Below the pieces are notes generated by a model. The model made no database searches, was not told the DNA's origin, and saw nothing but the letters and a program-made list of their open reading frames with translations. This document shows, piece by piece, positions 25,038 through 38,569 of a stretch of 64,000 nucleotides of DNA. The stretch lies in contig CM060731.1 in the NCBI GenBank assembly GCA_030704615.1, forward strand, positions 39,308,001 through 39,372,000. Reading direction: 5' to 3'. Positions within the stretch are counted from its first letter, which is position 1, and each line of letters begins with the position of its first letter. The DNA comes from Takakia lepidozioides. Taxonomy: Eukaryota; Plantae; Bryophyta. Both the position numbers and the translations under genes were made by a program.

Positions 25038-28000
25038 TTAGGATGTAGCAGAGTGGCCACGCAACGACGAATGTTGTGATGGGGCAGGAGCGCAGTTCTT
25101 CATGCCCAAGGGAACCAGAGCAGAGGCCTGAAAATCCCTGACATCAACCACTACCTCGTCAACCTTCAGTTCAGTGTTACCTTTCGGCCTCGCCTTGCCA
25201 AAATCTTGGTCCCCGTCGATCTTCCAATCCCAATCCCTGGCAGCAGATGGGGCACTCTCCTTCAGGGTGGCACGTCCACCTACACTGCCGTCGTCACATT
25301 GGTTCAAAACAGAGGGACCGGGCAAAGGACCAGGAGGGCGTTGCTGGAAACCTTTGCAGGATGGTTGTGGAGCAATAGGGGAAAGCTCAAAGTTTTCGAC
25401 CACAGAACAGGATGGGTCAGACCCTTGGGGGGATTGTTGCAGACTTGCTGGAATGCTGTATGCAGTTTGTAGATTTACTGATGAATGCAAGTCATCCTTG
25501 TAGCCAAAGCTGGAAGTTCCTGGGTTCTGAACAATCACCAACACTGGCCACTTGCCTCCTGCCTCTTGTCCAGCAGAAGTTGCCTGCAATACCCAACAGG
25601 TCACCAAAGCTCACAGTCAGTCGACATGAGACACAATTTGATGGCTGGGATCACTATTTGATGAATGACTTGTGTGTAGAGAGAGAGGGATAGGAACTTT
25701 AGAATGTTCATGGGAAGCCCAAAGAGCTCAATGGACAAAGAAAGGACAGGATGAGCAGATAGTCTGGCACATTGCCACCACACGAGTCAACATGGAGTGA
25801 GTATTTGAATTGGAGACCGTTGTGAAAACCCATAAGGCATTTCTGATCCTCGTAATGGAACCTTGCGGCAACAGTTGGCTGTCTATAGAAATGCAGTAAT
25901 GACCCCTTATCTCACATGGAGAGGACAATAAAAGAAGAGATGCTCTTCTACAGCCTGCCCTACCCTGTTTAGCAAGCATTGGAACGAGAGAATGTACTCA
26001 TAAGACGACGTTTGTCGTAGACTTGTGGCCATTGACCCTGCGCTCAGTTTGAGCGGAACACAAAGGGACAGAAACTACCTTTGTCAGGGGCTGACGCTGG
26101 TAGTTATGACTTACCTTGGAACAGACTTAATCTAAATTTTCCAGATATCCTCTAGAAATCCCTTAACACAAGCGTCAATCTGCTGTGAGTGGTTTGCCCG
26201 ATAACTAGGCCTGGGCTTTTGGCTCAGCCTCGAGACTTTCAAAGTTGGTAAACAGAGGTTCAGGCACAATATTCTTGATGGATTTGAAGAGGGCGTCTCT
26301 CTGATGAGAGTACCCCAGGACAATGAATCAGAAATTGAATATTGTCTTCAGGTTGCCCACACAACGGGCATTTGCAATCCCTCTTTCCTCTCTGCATCTG
26401 TTTGCTGTTCAAAGGTAGGCTTCCTGCCCTGAGTTTAAATTGCAGTCTAGTGTCAAGGGTGGGTAAACCCTTGAGGTCATCCATGATGGGCTCTCCCATG
26501 TCACAGACTGGAAACAGTCAGGGAAGTTTTCTGCCTAACTTCATTTCCATCAAACAATTTCCTGCCAACAGACATGGCTTTGGACACTACAGCCTCTAAG
26601 TCAGATTTATCCAACAGGGTCAAGACTTGCGGGAGAGAGAGAGAGAAAATGTACTCATAAGACGTTGTTTGCCGTAGCCTTGTGGCCATTGACCCCGCGC
26701 CCAGTTTGAGCGGGAACGAAAGGGACAGAACCTACCTCTGTCAGGGGCTGACGTTGGTAGTAAGACTTACCTCCATATAAAGAATTAATCCGGGTTTTCC
26801 AGATATCCTCTAGAAATCCCTTCACACAAGCATCAATCTGCTGTGTGTGATTTGCCCAAAAACTAGGCCTCAGGAGGGCCTGGGCTTTTGGCTCAGCCTC
26901 GAGACTTTCAAAGTTGGTAAACAGGGGTACAGACACAATTCCCTTAATAGATTTGAAGAGAGCGTCTCTTTGGTGAGAGAACCCCGGACACTGTATCAGA
27001 AAATGAATACTGTCTTCAGATTGCCCACACAACGGGCAATTGCACTCTCCCTTTCCTCTCTGCTTCTGTTTGCTGTTCAAAGGTAGGCTTCCTGCTCTGA
27101 GTTTAAATTTCAGTCTAGTGCCGAGAGTGGGTAGACCCTTGAGGTCATCCAAGATGTCCTCCCCCATGTCACAGACTGGAAACAAGTTCAGGGAAGTTTT
27201 CTGCCTAACTTCATTTTCATCAGACAATCTCATGGCAACAGACATGGCTGAGGACACTACAGCCTCCAAGTCAGATTTATCCAGCAGGGTCAAGACTTGC
27301 GGATCCAGGTCCAGGTCCTTGAGGATCTCTTCTACTCTCTTCTGCCAGGACTTAGCCTGTTTGACAGGGCGGTCCTGTTTCCAAGATATAGAGTCGATTA
27401 ACTTAGGATATCTGGTGTTGGGCATATGTTGCAGCTGACCCCACCATCTGACCTTGAATTCATCTCGTTGGGAGCTTAAGGACGGAATGCCAAACTCACC
27501 CCGAACAGCCACATTGGCTGTTTTGGAGCATGCTGACATACACTCCTTAAGCACCCCCACTTGAATGGATTCTAGAGACTTAGCCTGGTTGGAGTTATCA
27601 ACCCATACAGCAGATCCGTACTCCAAGGCAGGTCTAATAACGCGACAAAGCATGGTTTCCTTAACCTCAGAGTTGATCCCTCTGATTTAGTGAGCCCCAG
27701 AGCTTTGCCACATAGGATGGAAGTCTATGGTACCAAGAGAAACATCCTCATGACATTTCCAAAACAGGCTTCAGAGTTTGGTGAAATAAGACTCCAATTC
27801 TTGTGGACGCAGTAGAGAAGGAGAAGAAAAATAGGCTCCCAAAGAGGTGTAGGGGGAGAGCTATCAGTGGAATATGAAGAAGCCTCTGAACAACACTTAC
27901 CACTCCAATGTGCCACTCTTTGTAGTCCAGATCGTTGAAGTCCTTCTCATTCATTTCCTGGTGCCCAGACAAACAAGTACCCGTCAGCACAGTTCTGTCT

Positions 28001-31000
28001 TGCTGCGTGGTTGGTTTCCTTGCTACAGCTTTGGGCTGATTACCAGTTACCAGATGTTATCTGTTTATCACACTTCGCTTGACTATTCAGCCCTGGCTGC
28101 CCATGCTTGTTAGAATGTGCATTGGTTACTTCATTTTTTTGCATTTTGTCTTTGTCTCTCAAGGCATGAAGTAACTTACAACACTGTAAATGGGGGGCAG
28201 TTTGTGTTGCCCTGGTGAATGTAGGGTTGGAATGACTGTGAAAAAGGGAGTCGGCTCTCTTGATCTGAAGATCCATCTGCAATAGCAAAAACGTGTTCTG
28301 TCAGTCTCTCTTTCTCTCCAAATATACTTTCTTTCTTCCTACTTCCTTGCTCCACACTGCACAATAGTTTAGTTGGAGCTCTTTAGAGGCGGCTGAGGCC
28401 TTAAGCTATGGATATCTGAAATTAAAACCTTGACTCCTGCCTCCATGGGACACTCACTTAGAAGGCCAAATGTGAGTAGTTCTTTGGTTGTTTCGTACTG
28501 GTTCCTGAGTAGTTTTAGGGTTGTCTGGTCCTTTGGGCCTTGTGTGGACATAATAATTCTCACATTCACTTGGACTTGGATATCAGAATTTTGTTTCATC
28601 TGGTCTCTCTCGGTAAAGATACTTCATTTCTCTGGCCTTCCCATGTTGGGCACTATGCTGATTTGTAAATTCACAGCAGTCTGCCTAGCTTTCCACTGGA
28701 AGTTAATCTTGATAAATCCTTCCTACCTCTCAGAGATATTTTCTACCGCCCTCACAGAGGCCCTGGGTGCCTTCCGACTCTTACAGGGAAACACTCTCTT
28801 GCAGTGGTTCCTCAGGATTTTGTACCCTGTGGAGAAGGGGAGACAGATGGGGTGAGGGCAAAGTCAAGAAAAAGGAGTATGTGACGCACCCCATGTAGAA
28901 AAAGATGATAACTTCCACGGATTCTCGCACTAGAAGGCGCATCCAGTACTCACTGGCCACACCCTGTGGTCTGGCTTGCATCTGTTAAATGAAATATAGC
29001 ACGGTCAAATGCTCGTTGACACCCCCAATCTTCAAGGAACCATAAACTATTTCCAATAGAAGCCAAGACTAGGAGACCGCCAAGAGCTGCAGACCTCCTC
29101 AGGGCTACATTGCGGGTTAAACAACTAGTTAAATGCAGAAGCGCTCTCTTGACAACGTGTAGAAGGGTAGATCTGTTCTAACACTGCCACACTAACCTGC
29201 TTTATATTATAGCGATTGCACTACAGTCAAATGTGGAAAGGGTGAGTGGGGAGGTATTGAGATGGTGATGAGCTTTGTGAGGTGCATCGTACCAAAATTT
29301 GTGCAGCCGCCATTATCAGCATGGCTCCTTGAAACCTCCTGCATTAATCCAGGACCGCAATTTTTAATCAAGTCAGCTACTGACAATAATAGAGCTTCCC
29401 GACCCATAACTCTTAAGGCAAACCCAATGAATCATTCTATCCATTGGAAAGCGCAGGGGATCCGCAGCAGGGGAAGCGATGTGGGACGTCTGGATGTACC
29501 TGAACATTGTGTATTTGGTGTATACAGCCGTGTGCATCATGTGGACGCCCTCGTCCTGAATCTGTTGCAATTGCTCCCGTAGCAACGTCAAATTGCGCCA
29601 CACTTGCGCCATTATAACGTAGAGCAACACCCCATACATCAGCATCACCAGCCCCTGCAATAGAGAGCATTCCGCTTTAGAATTCAGACCAGCTTGCACT
29701 CAGATTGGGAGGACGGGGGGCAACGAAAGGTCGGCTTTTGAGCTGGGAAAGAAACAAACGCACGCGAAGAGGCTGATAGATTGCACCTGCCAAAATCTCA
29801 GTTTACTAGCCAGAAATCGCCTTACTACGACACGCCCGAAGCAAGGAAGAGACCGGAGTTGATGAGTTGTAGTAGAAAGTAAGAAGTACTGACAGTGAAT
29901 CGAGGGAAAGCAGCCTTGTAGCCGATCAGAGCAAAGTACAAAACAGAGGCAAGGCCGGCGATGCTGCGGCGGTCTGTCACCGAGAGTTGCTCGTGCATGA
30001 TGCAATATCCATGTGAAATCAGGAGGAAGCTCACAAAGCACGCCGTTTCGAAGAAAACCCGTGACACGAATACGCCAAATCCCATCCAAAACGAGCATGT
30101 GTCGAGGTTAATGCAGGAGTACCTACGACCCACAAGATCAATGGTGCTTACAACATGTTCAACCAACAACAGGAACCATTCCAGGCGCGAGGGAGGTTTA
30201 TCATAAGCTTTTTGCACCTGGGGTTTATATCACCTAGCTTCATAGTGACACAATAATTGCTAAGGGATGATTCGAACACGTATGAAGTTTTGAACAGCTC
30301 TACCGCTCCATCTCTCTGCTAAGACCAGACCCTGTTCCTCTTTACCTTCCCCACGCTCATTTCGTTTTCCTCTCTTCTTACTGGATGTATCAATTCTTAC
30401 ATAAGAGAGGACGGGAAGGACTCAGGCAAATTGGGCGCTGGCCCGTTTGGCAGTGGATCTCATCGTCTTCATTGCAGTTCCCCTGCTTGTATAGGCTTGA
30501 AACTGATCGAAGATTTCCATTAACAACCCCCAAGTCAGTGCCGGTCACGAGGCACTATTTAAGAACTCCAAGAACGTTAACGCAGTTATAGCATCGATGC
30601 TTACCAAAACTCAAAGGAGAGGCATAGCACAAGTGCCTTTAGGACTGGGACGGCCGTCAACACCCACTGCAATTTACACGCCTGTTTCCCAGAGATAAAC
30701 AACAGTTCACATTAGAATCTATGCACATTTGGTTGTCGGAGTGGGCGGAGTGCAAAGTCGGATTATCAAGTTTCTCCGAGTATGCACGCTGAAGCCTCTT
30801 AGGAATACATGAGAGCGGAAACGAGGAAAATTAGAGTACGGGTCCCACCTGCGTGCATCTCCATTTCATCCAAGTGTTCAATGTCCAAACAAAGGCCAGA
30901 ATTGTCCAAACAATCATAAGCCCCAAGAAGAGATACGGAAGCGGCCTGTAAGATTGTTTCCAGTAGCTTTGCATCTGAACATGCTCACCTGCAGACTCAT

Positions 31001-31004
31001 CCAT
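25038..31004 (-). CDS. Conserved plant multi-pass membrane protein (GPR107/TMEM87-like family suspected), 9 exons, about 484 aa
   Basis: Exons 30849-31004, 30605-30681, 29894-30122, 29500-29654, 29293-29338, 28890-28981, 28180-28276, 27901-27957, 25038-25583. All introns GT-AG, phases consistent, 1455 nt open. Motifs SYRPLP, FLLISHGYCIM, FQGAM, PPIYS, EWHIGV resemble an uncharacterised angiosperm protein family (from memory). Confidence 0.85.
25987..27725 (-). mobile_element. 5'-truncated non-LTR retrotransposon (RTE/RTEX-like) in the last intron, 3' part duplicated
   Basis: RPALEYGSAVW, AVRGEFG, CPLC..ED..HFLIQCP finger; (CT)n-like tail; second diverged copy of the 3' part at 25987-26632 (offset about 670 bp). 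Confidence 0.8.
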
Positions 31005-31399
31005 TTCGGCCCACCCTTCTCACCTTGAAGTCCCAGTCGGACCCCCTTCCTCTTATGCAATTATTGAGTTTACAACTGTGTCCATGCCAAGCTGTTTTGA
31101 GACCGGAGAAGACACAAGTGGAGTTTCTTAGCCTGCCCCTTTCCTTTCCACGTCAATTGCTATCAATTGAGCTCCAATAGCCCTCCGGAAGACGATTTAC
31201 CTCCGGGCTGGGAGGGTTCAAATTAGTGTGCCAGTTATTTGCTTTGGCCCGCGCAAGTATCAATCGCCGAGTCCGTTTGTTCAGTATGTCCAATGTAGAC
31301 TTGTTCCCTTGCCGTTTGAACAAGCTCTTCGAATCCCCACACAAATCTGTACTTCGACGCCTCACCCTGTTGGTGCCCACTTCGCTGGAAATCAGCTTC

Positions 31400-31600
31400 T
31401 CAGAACGGGAAAAATATTTGAATCTCAACTTCCTTTTCTATTTCTTTTGCCTCCTCCGGGCATCTGTCTGTTCCCGATGTCAGATGGGATCAGTCCAAGC
31501 CTCCTCTAAATTCTGGAAGGATAATACGTCGTCTGATTTTTGTGTACGAGCGAAGTAAGGAATCCAAGGCCCCGACACTTCCAACTGAAGATGCAGATGT
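31400..31600 (-). pseudogene. Possible L1 endonuclease start remnant
   Basis: IFSWKCRGLG at 31563-31592 resembles SWNCRGLG; little other support. Confidence 0.3.
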
Positions 31601-34600
31601 CTAATTTGTGGAAAGGCCCACATCAACCCCCCTCAATAACAAGTGACGATCATCTGAGATAAGGTCGGCCTTAAGCGAATCCCCGCCTCAATGCTATTGG
31701 GAGGGAAAAAGATCCTTGCCAGAGTAGGATGAAAACTCACCACACACTTGTTCACATGAGCTCAGACTACGACGAACTGGTCGTGCCCCCTGAAATTAAT
31801 ATCCAGAGACTCCCAGGAGACTCAGAGATGAATAACGACTCTTTCTCTCTCACTCTCACTAGAAAGAGCCCACCAAGGAAAAAAATTCTAAAAGCTACAC
31901 TCTCTCTTAACGTTTCTGCAAATTTAAAGGACAAGCTGACAAGAGAGAGCGGGCGCTGGCTGGGGAGGGGAGGGGAGGGGGTGCTTAACCGTTTGGGCCT
32001 GGGTCCACCAAAGGATTCCAACCGGTCTTCCGCTGGACACGACAGGCCAGGCCAGGGTCCACAAGACGATGTGCACGTAGTTTATAATCCAACAAGGTCA
32101 ACCTTCTGCAGCTCATCACTCCTCCTGCAACACTTGTATTCAGCCTCGCCTTCCGTTTGTCAAGGTCCCATTCTTGCTTTGTGAATTGTTCTTGATTCCC
32201 TAACTCTCGTCATCGGATCATCCTCCCGACCAGCCTCATCTCATCTGCTTCTGAACCTTGGCTCACCAGCGAGATGATGCGCTTGATCCACACAGACAAC
32301 ATCCCGCACATCCGGATACGAATAAAAAGCTGGCGCCCTCCTGGTGCCCAACACACACACACTAGTTACTCACTATATTCTTTGCTTACTTGTCACACTC
32401 TGCTCGACTGTCGCCCAACGAGATATGCGATGCCCACAAAATGCGTGATGGATAACAAGATAACGAACATGCCTCTGTTATTCGGAATGTTTTGTGTCTG
32501 CGTTGAAATGCTGCGAAGTCGTCTCACTATTCTCGGGTCCTAAACTCGCACTGTTTTGTTTGTATGATGCCCTGCTCGTGCTGATTGTGTGCAATGTCAA
32601 CTATCTACATGTTTCTCTTACGAGGAGTTTTCACCATTAAATGGTTTTTGGAGATGTCGGTAAACCTTTTTTTGGGACAGAATGAAGATGACATCTAACA
32701 TTCAGGCCTGCAGATTCCTTACTAAATGCTGAAAATTCTCGTGCATGCGCTATCCCTGTACCGCTGGAGCTACTATGAAACGGGTCCTCGCGGTACTGGC
32801 TCTGTGTCAACGTAGCACAGATGCTGCCAGAGTGGGTGCTGCAGCTCCAATGACTGAACTGTCGCAGGCAAGGATCCTGCGGAGCAAACGCAAGGCGTTG
32901 GAGTTTTTGCAGCATCTCAACGAACAGGAATCTGTTTATCTCTTGGCTGTGGGAGAGTGCATTAGACAAGGATGATTGATTCTCTACTCTTCGAACATCC
33001 TATGCAATTCAACAGCTGCCTTAAAGGATTTGAAGGGAATGCCAAGCTGTTGTTCTGCATGGCTTTGCAGCAGCTCTTCATACACATCTGCACCACTAGT
33101 AATCACATCATGCCAGATGTGCAGATGAGCTTTGCAATGTCTGTGCTCCGGACGACAATCAGTCTGCCTGAACCAACGTTACTACTTGTGGCTATTCTTT
33201 CCTGGTGCATGCATCCCGAGGTTTGGCGGACTCGTGCAGCGAAGACTTGAAGTGGCTGTGGGTCACTGATGAGGTGAGTAGAAAAGGCTTTGGTTCTTGA
33301 CCTAAATTTTAGTGCTCACCACCATGGGATGAGTGAGATGATCCACTAGTCATTGACAATTCCCTGGTTGTGTTGACTTTGATGTATTGTTATGAGCATT
33401 AAATGCAAGGGTAATTGTGTACAATGAAACAGAATATTCCACAGGGTGTAGAGGCTGGTGTACTTATTATGCTACAGAAACACAGTCAATTGGAGCATTG
33501 GTGCTATGCTGGTTTGCATTGCAGGTCATTCAACCTGAATGCCTCTGTAGCCATGAGCAGTTGTGGAAGAGACAATAATAGTAGGATTCTTCTAGGAGAA
33601 AACAGTACTCCATCTTGACCATTTACAGGGGGTGCATGCCGGGCACATTCTATTCTCGCTCTGTGCTGGCTTGCACTTTTACTGCCTCCTTGTGGGAAAG
33701 TGACCATAGTCACCACTCTCCTTGGCTTGTTTACACTTGCTGTGTTTCTCTGCTGCTGGCCCTGCCATGGTCAGCTTGCCAAGATTGTTTGTTAGAATTG
33801 ATAGCAACAAAGACTGTCAACTCAACCTTTAAAAAACTCCAACTGATAGAACTTTTTGGCAAGACCAATGGTGAGTCAACACCCTTCACAAGTTCATTGC
33901 TTGCTGCCACTGATTGCCCACTTGCTATGCTGGGTAACCACCCCCTTGCTGCCGCTCATAAGGAACTTGTTGACTCTGCGGCTGCTGATGGCAAATAATT
34001 TCTTGATTCACCACATTCTGCTGCTCCTCTGCTTGCTGTCGTTGCTCAGTAAACACTACCTGCCACCCAATCCATTAGTGGTTGTAAAGCCATACAAGAT
34101 TGTTCACAAAGACTCCAAGAAAAAGCTCGTTCTTTCAATCTCTTTGGAGGGTACGGGAATCTGCTCATGTGTTTCACTTAGCCATTATGACAAAATTTCA
34201 TCACAAATTTGCCTGAGGGAGCGCAGCATTTGCCGACCGTATTTTCAGAGCTCCCTCAGGGCCCTGCTTTTGCCAAAATAAGCAAGGCTCAGAAAAGGAG
34301 GACTATACATGTACAAGACTCTCATCATGGCAGCCTCTCCGTTGTCTTGACTTTCAAAATCATGAGACCGCGAGATCCCCCCTTCCTTTTGAAACTCCCG
34401 GAAGAAGTAGTTCTTCCACACGATAGCTTTCCACCTCCAAATATATGCCTCTAGGGACACTGTGGGGGTGGACAACATTATCTTGTAGTCCACCAACTGT
34501 TTTCTCCAATGAACTGGGTAGGCACCTGGAGAAGGTTCCCAAAGAAGGAGCAGTACTGTGGTTCCAAGGGCTGGAGTGTTAACCGGGAGGAGACATTGAG

Positions 34601-36997
34601 GATAGACTGCAGCGTGCTTGCAGAACTTCTTTCCCAAAGTGGAAAAGCCCTTGCTGCTGTGGACAGGGTGCTTTGAATAGCTTTTCAGCACTGAATTCAG
34701 ATTTTCTGTAGCACACAGCTGTGATTCATGAAATACATCCAATGTGTTAGATGTCACATACATCACCATCATCAAATATATGTTGGGGTCCTTCACTGTG
34801 AGTTAAAATACATGCAGTTTTCAATGAGGTCTGCCCAATGGCTATGAGGCACCAAGCATAATCCTTGAGTATGATCCCACAAACTCACATGGGCTCCCCA
34901 GAGGTACGAAAGTCAGAACAAAGTTGTAAAAAGGTTTGGCAAGAGCCAAAGATAATTCATTTACAGTGATGAGTGCTAATTGATAGCTGGCACTGACATA
35001 CAGTGCACCATGTTCATATTAACACTCCTACTTTCCTCTGCCTTTTACAGATCCCTGTGAATGTTGGCCAGGACAAACCCCAAGGGCAAAGACATCAACA
35101 CGTAGCTGGATGTAAACGTACCCATCATGGTAGGGGATCTTAGACTGCAGTATAGAAACTGGGGTACCCTAAAGTGCCATCCGTTGCCCATATACAGTTG
35201 ATGGCAATCCACTTACAATGAATTGTGAGCTGATTTGAGGACAATGAGCAACGTATTATTACAAAGTATGGTGTTGATTTCAGCACTGCTCGTATAGCCT
35301 CCTACCTTATCAAGATTTCACGAGAGAGAAAGAGACCAACAGCATCTCGACAGACAAATGCCCTGCCAACCCACCCATCTCTCATTAATGCATCTGTTAA
35401 TCAAATGCCTTCATGGGAGACCGAGCTGATTAACCCTGGAATACCTGCAACTAATAGCCAACCAAAGTTTATAGCACAGTTTTAGCAGGGTACTTCAGTG
35501 GGTCAACTTCCTAACCATAATTGACTTGATCAGTCACAATTTGTTGACAAAACTGACAATCTTTGTACCTTTTTCTGCCACACTCCCTTTATAATTGTTA
35601 TAAGCAAATTTTAGCTATCAATGTGCCCAGCACATCTGGATGTATTTAACCCTGATGACGGCCTAAATATTCAGGTTACAGATCTGGTATCTAACCTAAT
35701 TCAAGTGTTTGTCAAGCAGAGAGCTCACCCAGCCTTCTTCAGGGCCCAGTGCAATTTGCCTCACAGCATACCACACTCGTCGAAAGGCATTATAGAGTCT
35801 AGATTCCTTGGCCAAGCCCTCAGCAATACCCTTTATCCTTTAGCAGCCACCACTTCGCTGCCACAGCACCACACTCTGAAACATTTCAAGCATCCAGACC
35901 CTTCCGTCCCTTGCTCATCCTTACCTTGATCACTAGAAAGATCAACTGATCGGGATGTCTTTGATAGCCTACACTTTCGAAGTCCACGATTTTAACAACA
36001 ACAACAATTGTTTTCGTGTATGGGTAATAACGTCTGTGTGGTTAGTAAAATAAGCTACTTTATGAATACTCAATGAATAACAAAGCAAAGAAGTTGCATT
36101 TGTGATGAGAAGTAACCCACCAAACTGGCATGAAGCTAAATAAAACCTAAAATCAGCTCGTGATGGACAATGGATGGCTTCTCAGACTTCGTCTTCAGCC
36201 CGACTGTCTCTCATACGGTTATCAGCACTCTAAAGCAATTCCAGCCCCTGCAATCTACATATTGATTGTTTAGTGGCAGAAGGGAACAGCTCAAAGGACG
36301 CACCACAAGCTCGTCATCAATGCGAAAAAGATAACTGCTGCTGTCGCTGCTTCCAGTTGACCATCTACCGACGCAGGTTTCTTTTAGCTACCGATTCACA
36401 GGAAATCATATCATAATCTTGTGTTACAAATGTGGCCTTCTCGGATGAGTCTACTCTACACCCCACACCCCACATGGTCCCTCAAGTAAATCAACCTACA
36501 TATTGGCACAATCTAATTTTCCTTAAACACGTATATGTATGTACATATCAGTGTTTTTTTGTTAAACTTAAAAAATAACAGGAGTGGCTAGTGAGTTTTG
36601 CAAGAAATAGCCATATTGTCTGTTCATCCACCAAAATTTGGATAGAATCATTCTCCTTTGTATATCATCCCTATCATCCCTATTTGGCAAATTCATCCAT
36701 CATCTATGTTTTTTTTTTGGAGAAAATTGGCCCTGAGAAAATAAGAAATTTACAAAAAAAAAATCCATTTTATTTTTTGAGGTCGAACTATAATTGCGAA
36801 ATTTTACCAGAAATAAAAATACTATTTGACAGACGCCGAAGGCACACGGCCCTCGTTAAGTGTCTTAGGCATTGTCAGAAGACTGGAAAATGGCTGCTTG
36901 GCTCACGTCACTATGGACTCCTACTTAACTGCTAAGCGCAAGAGGATGACGATGCTACAGGATGACTTATGTCATCCATAGCAATTAGGGTAAATAC

Positions 36998-37798
36998 CAG
37001 TGTTGGGCGGTTCTTGCATTTGTGAAGGAACCTTCGGTTCGGTTCCACAATTATTTCAAGAGACGGTTCCGGATCCGGTTCCGGTTTTTTTTTTATTGAG
37101 CCGGTTCCGGTCCGGTTCCAGATCCAACTTTTAAACATGGGGGCGGTTCCAGTTACCGGTTAGTTGCTGATAAAAACCACAGTTCCGGTTTTTTAAAAAT
37201 ACATATATATTTTAATTTAATTATATTTAAAATATTTTATCAATCCGGGAGATTAAATAGCAATGTATTCACATATTTGAATTAAAATCCAACGATTTTA
37301 TTAGTGTTCACTAACACAAAAAAAACAAAAACAAAAACAAAAACAAAAACAAACAAAAACACTCTAAATAAACTGGTAGAAAAAAATGGGTAACATTTTA
37401 TGGGTTGAAATTACTACTCAGCTATCTGGCAAGTATTGGCATCTTCTAACATTTTCATTAATGAACTTAGCAAGGATATCATGGAGCTGGAGATTGAACC
37501 CCAGATCTCATGGCGTTGAAGCATGGAACATAGAATGTCATGGCCTTCAAGCATTCAACCCATGATCTCTTCAGAGCATTAAAGAAGTTTTGTCATGGGC
37601 CCACCAGCTTATGCCATGTTATGCCAAGGGCCCACCAAGGGTTCAAAAACCTGAACCTGTTTTTATCCCAATGCGCCCTCCGGATCTCACACCGAGCACG
37701 AACCGCCGATTCAGTTCTGCAGGAATGGCCCGGTTCCGGTTAACCTGTACCTGAATCGGCGGTTAACCTGGGTCTCGGCGGGTAACCGCCCAACACTG
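36998..37798. mobile_element. Non-autonomous hAT element (MITE)
   Basis: 15-bp TIR CAGTGTTGGGCGGTT; 8-bp TSD GTAAATAC (36990-36997, 37799-37806); GGTTCC subterminal repeats. Confidence 0.92.
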
Positions 37799-38569
37799 GT
37801 AAATACACGTGGTGTTATGAACAGAGGTAAGAGAGAATATAAATAGGTAAAATTATTTGTTAACATATGCATATGTGTGAACGAAAATAGAATAAGTTTC
37901 ATGCATAAGTATAACTCGAATATAAGAAGGTCAAAGAGTTTTATTTGCCATGAAAATATTCGCTCTTAAGTTGGTAGACATCTGGATGCTACTTATGAGT
38001 CTGAATGTACCTCACATATAGCACCCCTCCTCAAATCCAGTAGAAACACGCCACATCAGCGAGTTTGCTCTAAAAATCGGTTATGGTATTGGAACATTAA
38101 CTTATGTGTCTGTTTGTTTTTTTAATAATTACTAGACGTAGAAATGCCTCATCGGCTATAGGGCTACAATATACAGTATATTTTGCCACCCTCTTCAGAT
38201 ATCCTTTTAGATATTCTCAAACTTCAAATGAACACTATGATGTAGCAAGTATCATTAATGCACTCCCCATGTGTTACGCCTTCATGACCCCAAAGGTTAT
38301 TTTTTACCTCATGTATCTTTTCTACATATTAAAATATGGAAGATAATAGGAATAATGTAAGAACTTAATGTTTGCTCGTCAAGACGGGTCCAGCCATGAC
38401 ACCCCGTACCGCCGGTTCTCCGCCTCCGGCAGCCATCGAAAAGCAGCCGGCTGGGCTCGGTCAATCCCTTCCCACCCCCGCTCTCATCCCATCGGCATCG
38501 TCGTCGCCTGCGTCGTCGTTCTGCGACACCAGTCCGCTACTTCCACCAGTCCGCCAGTTCCCTGTAATC

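Noticed and set aside
32400-36400. Gene or TE in the short ORFs upstream of the membrane-protein gene
   Set aside because: No recognisable motifs or consistent exon chain; could be decayed TE or UTR intron.
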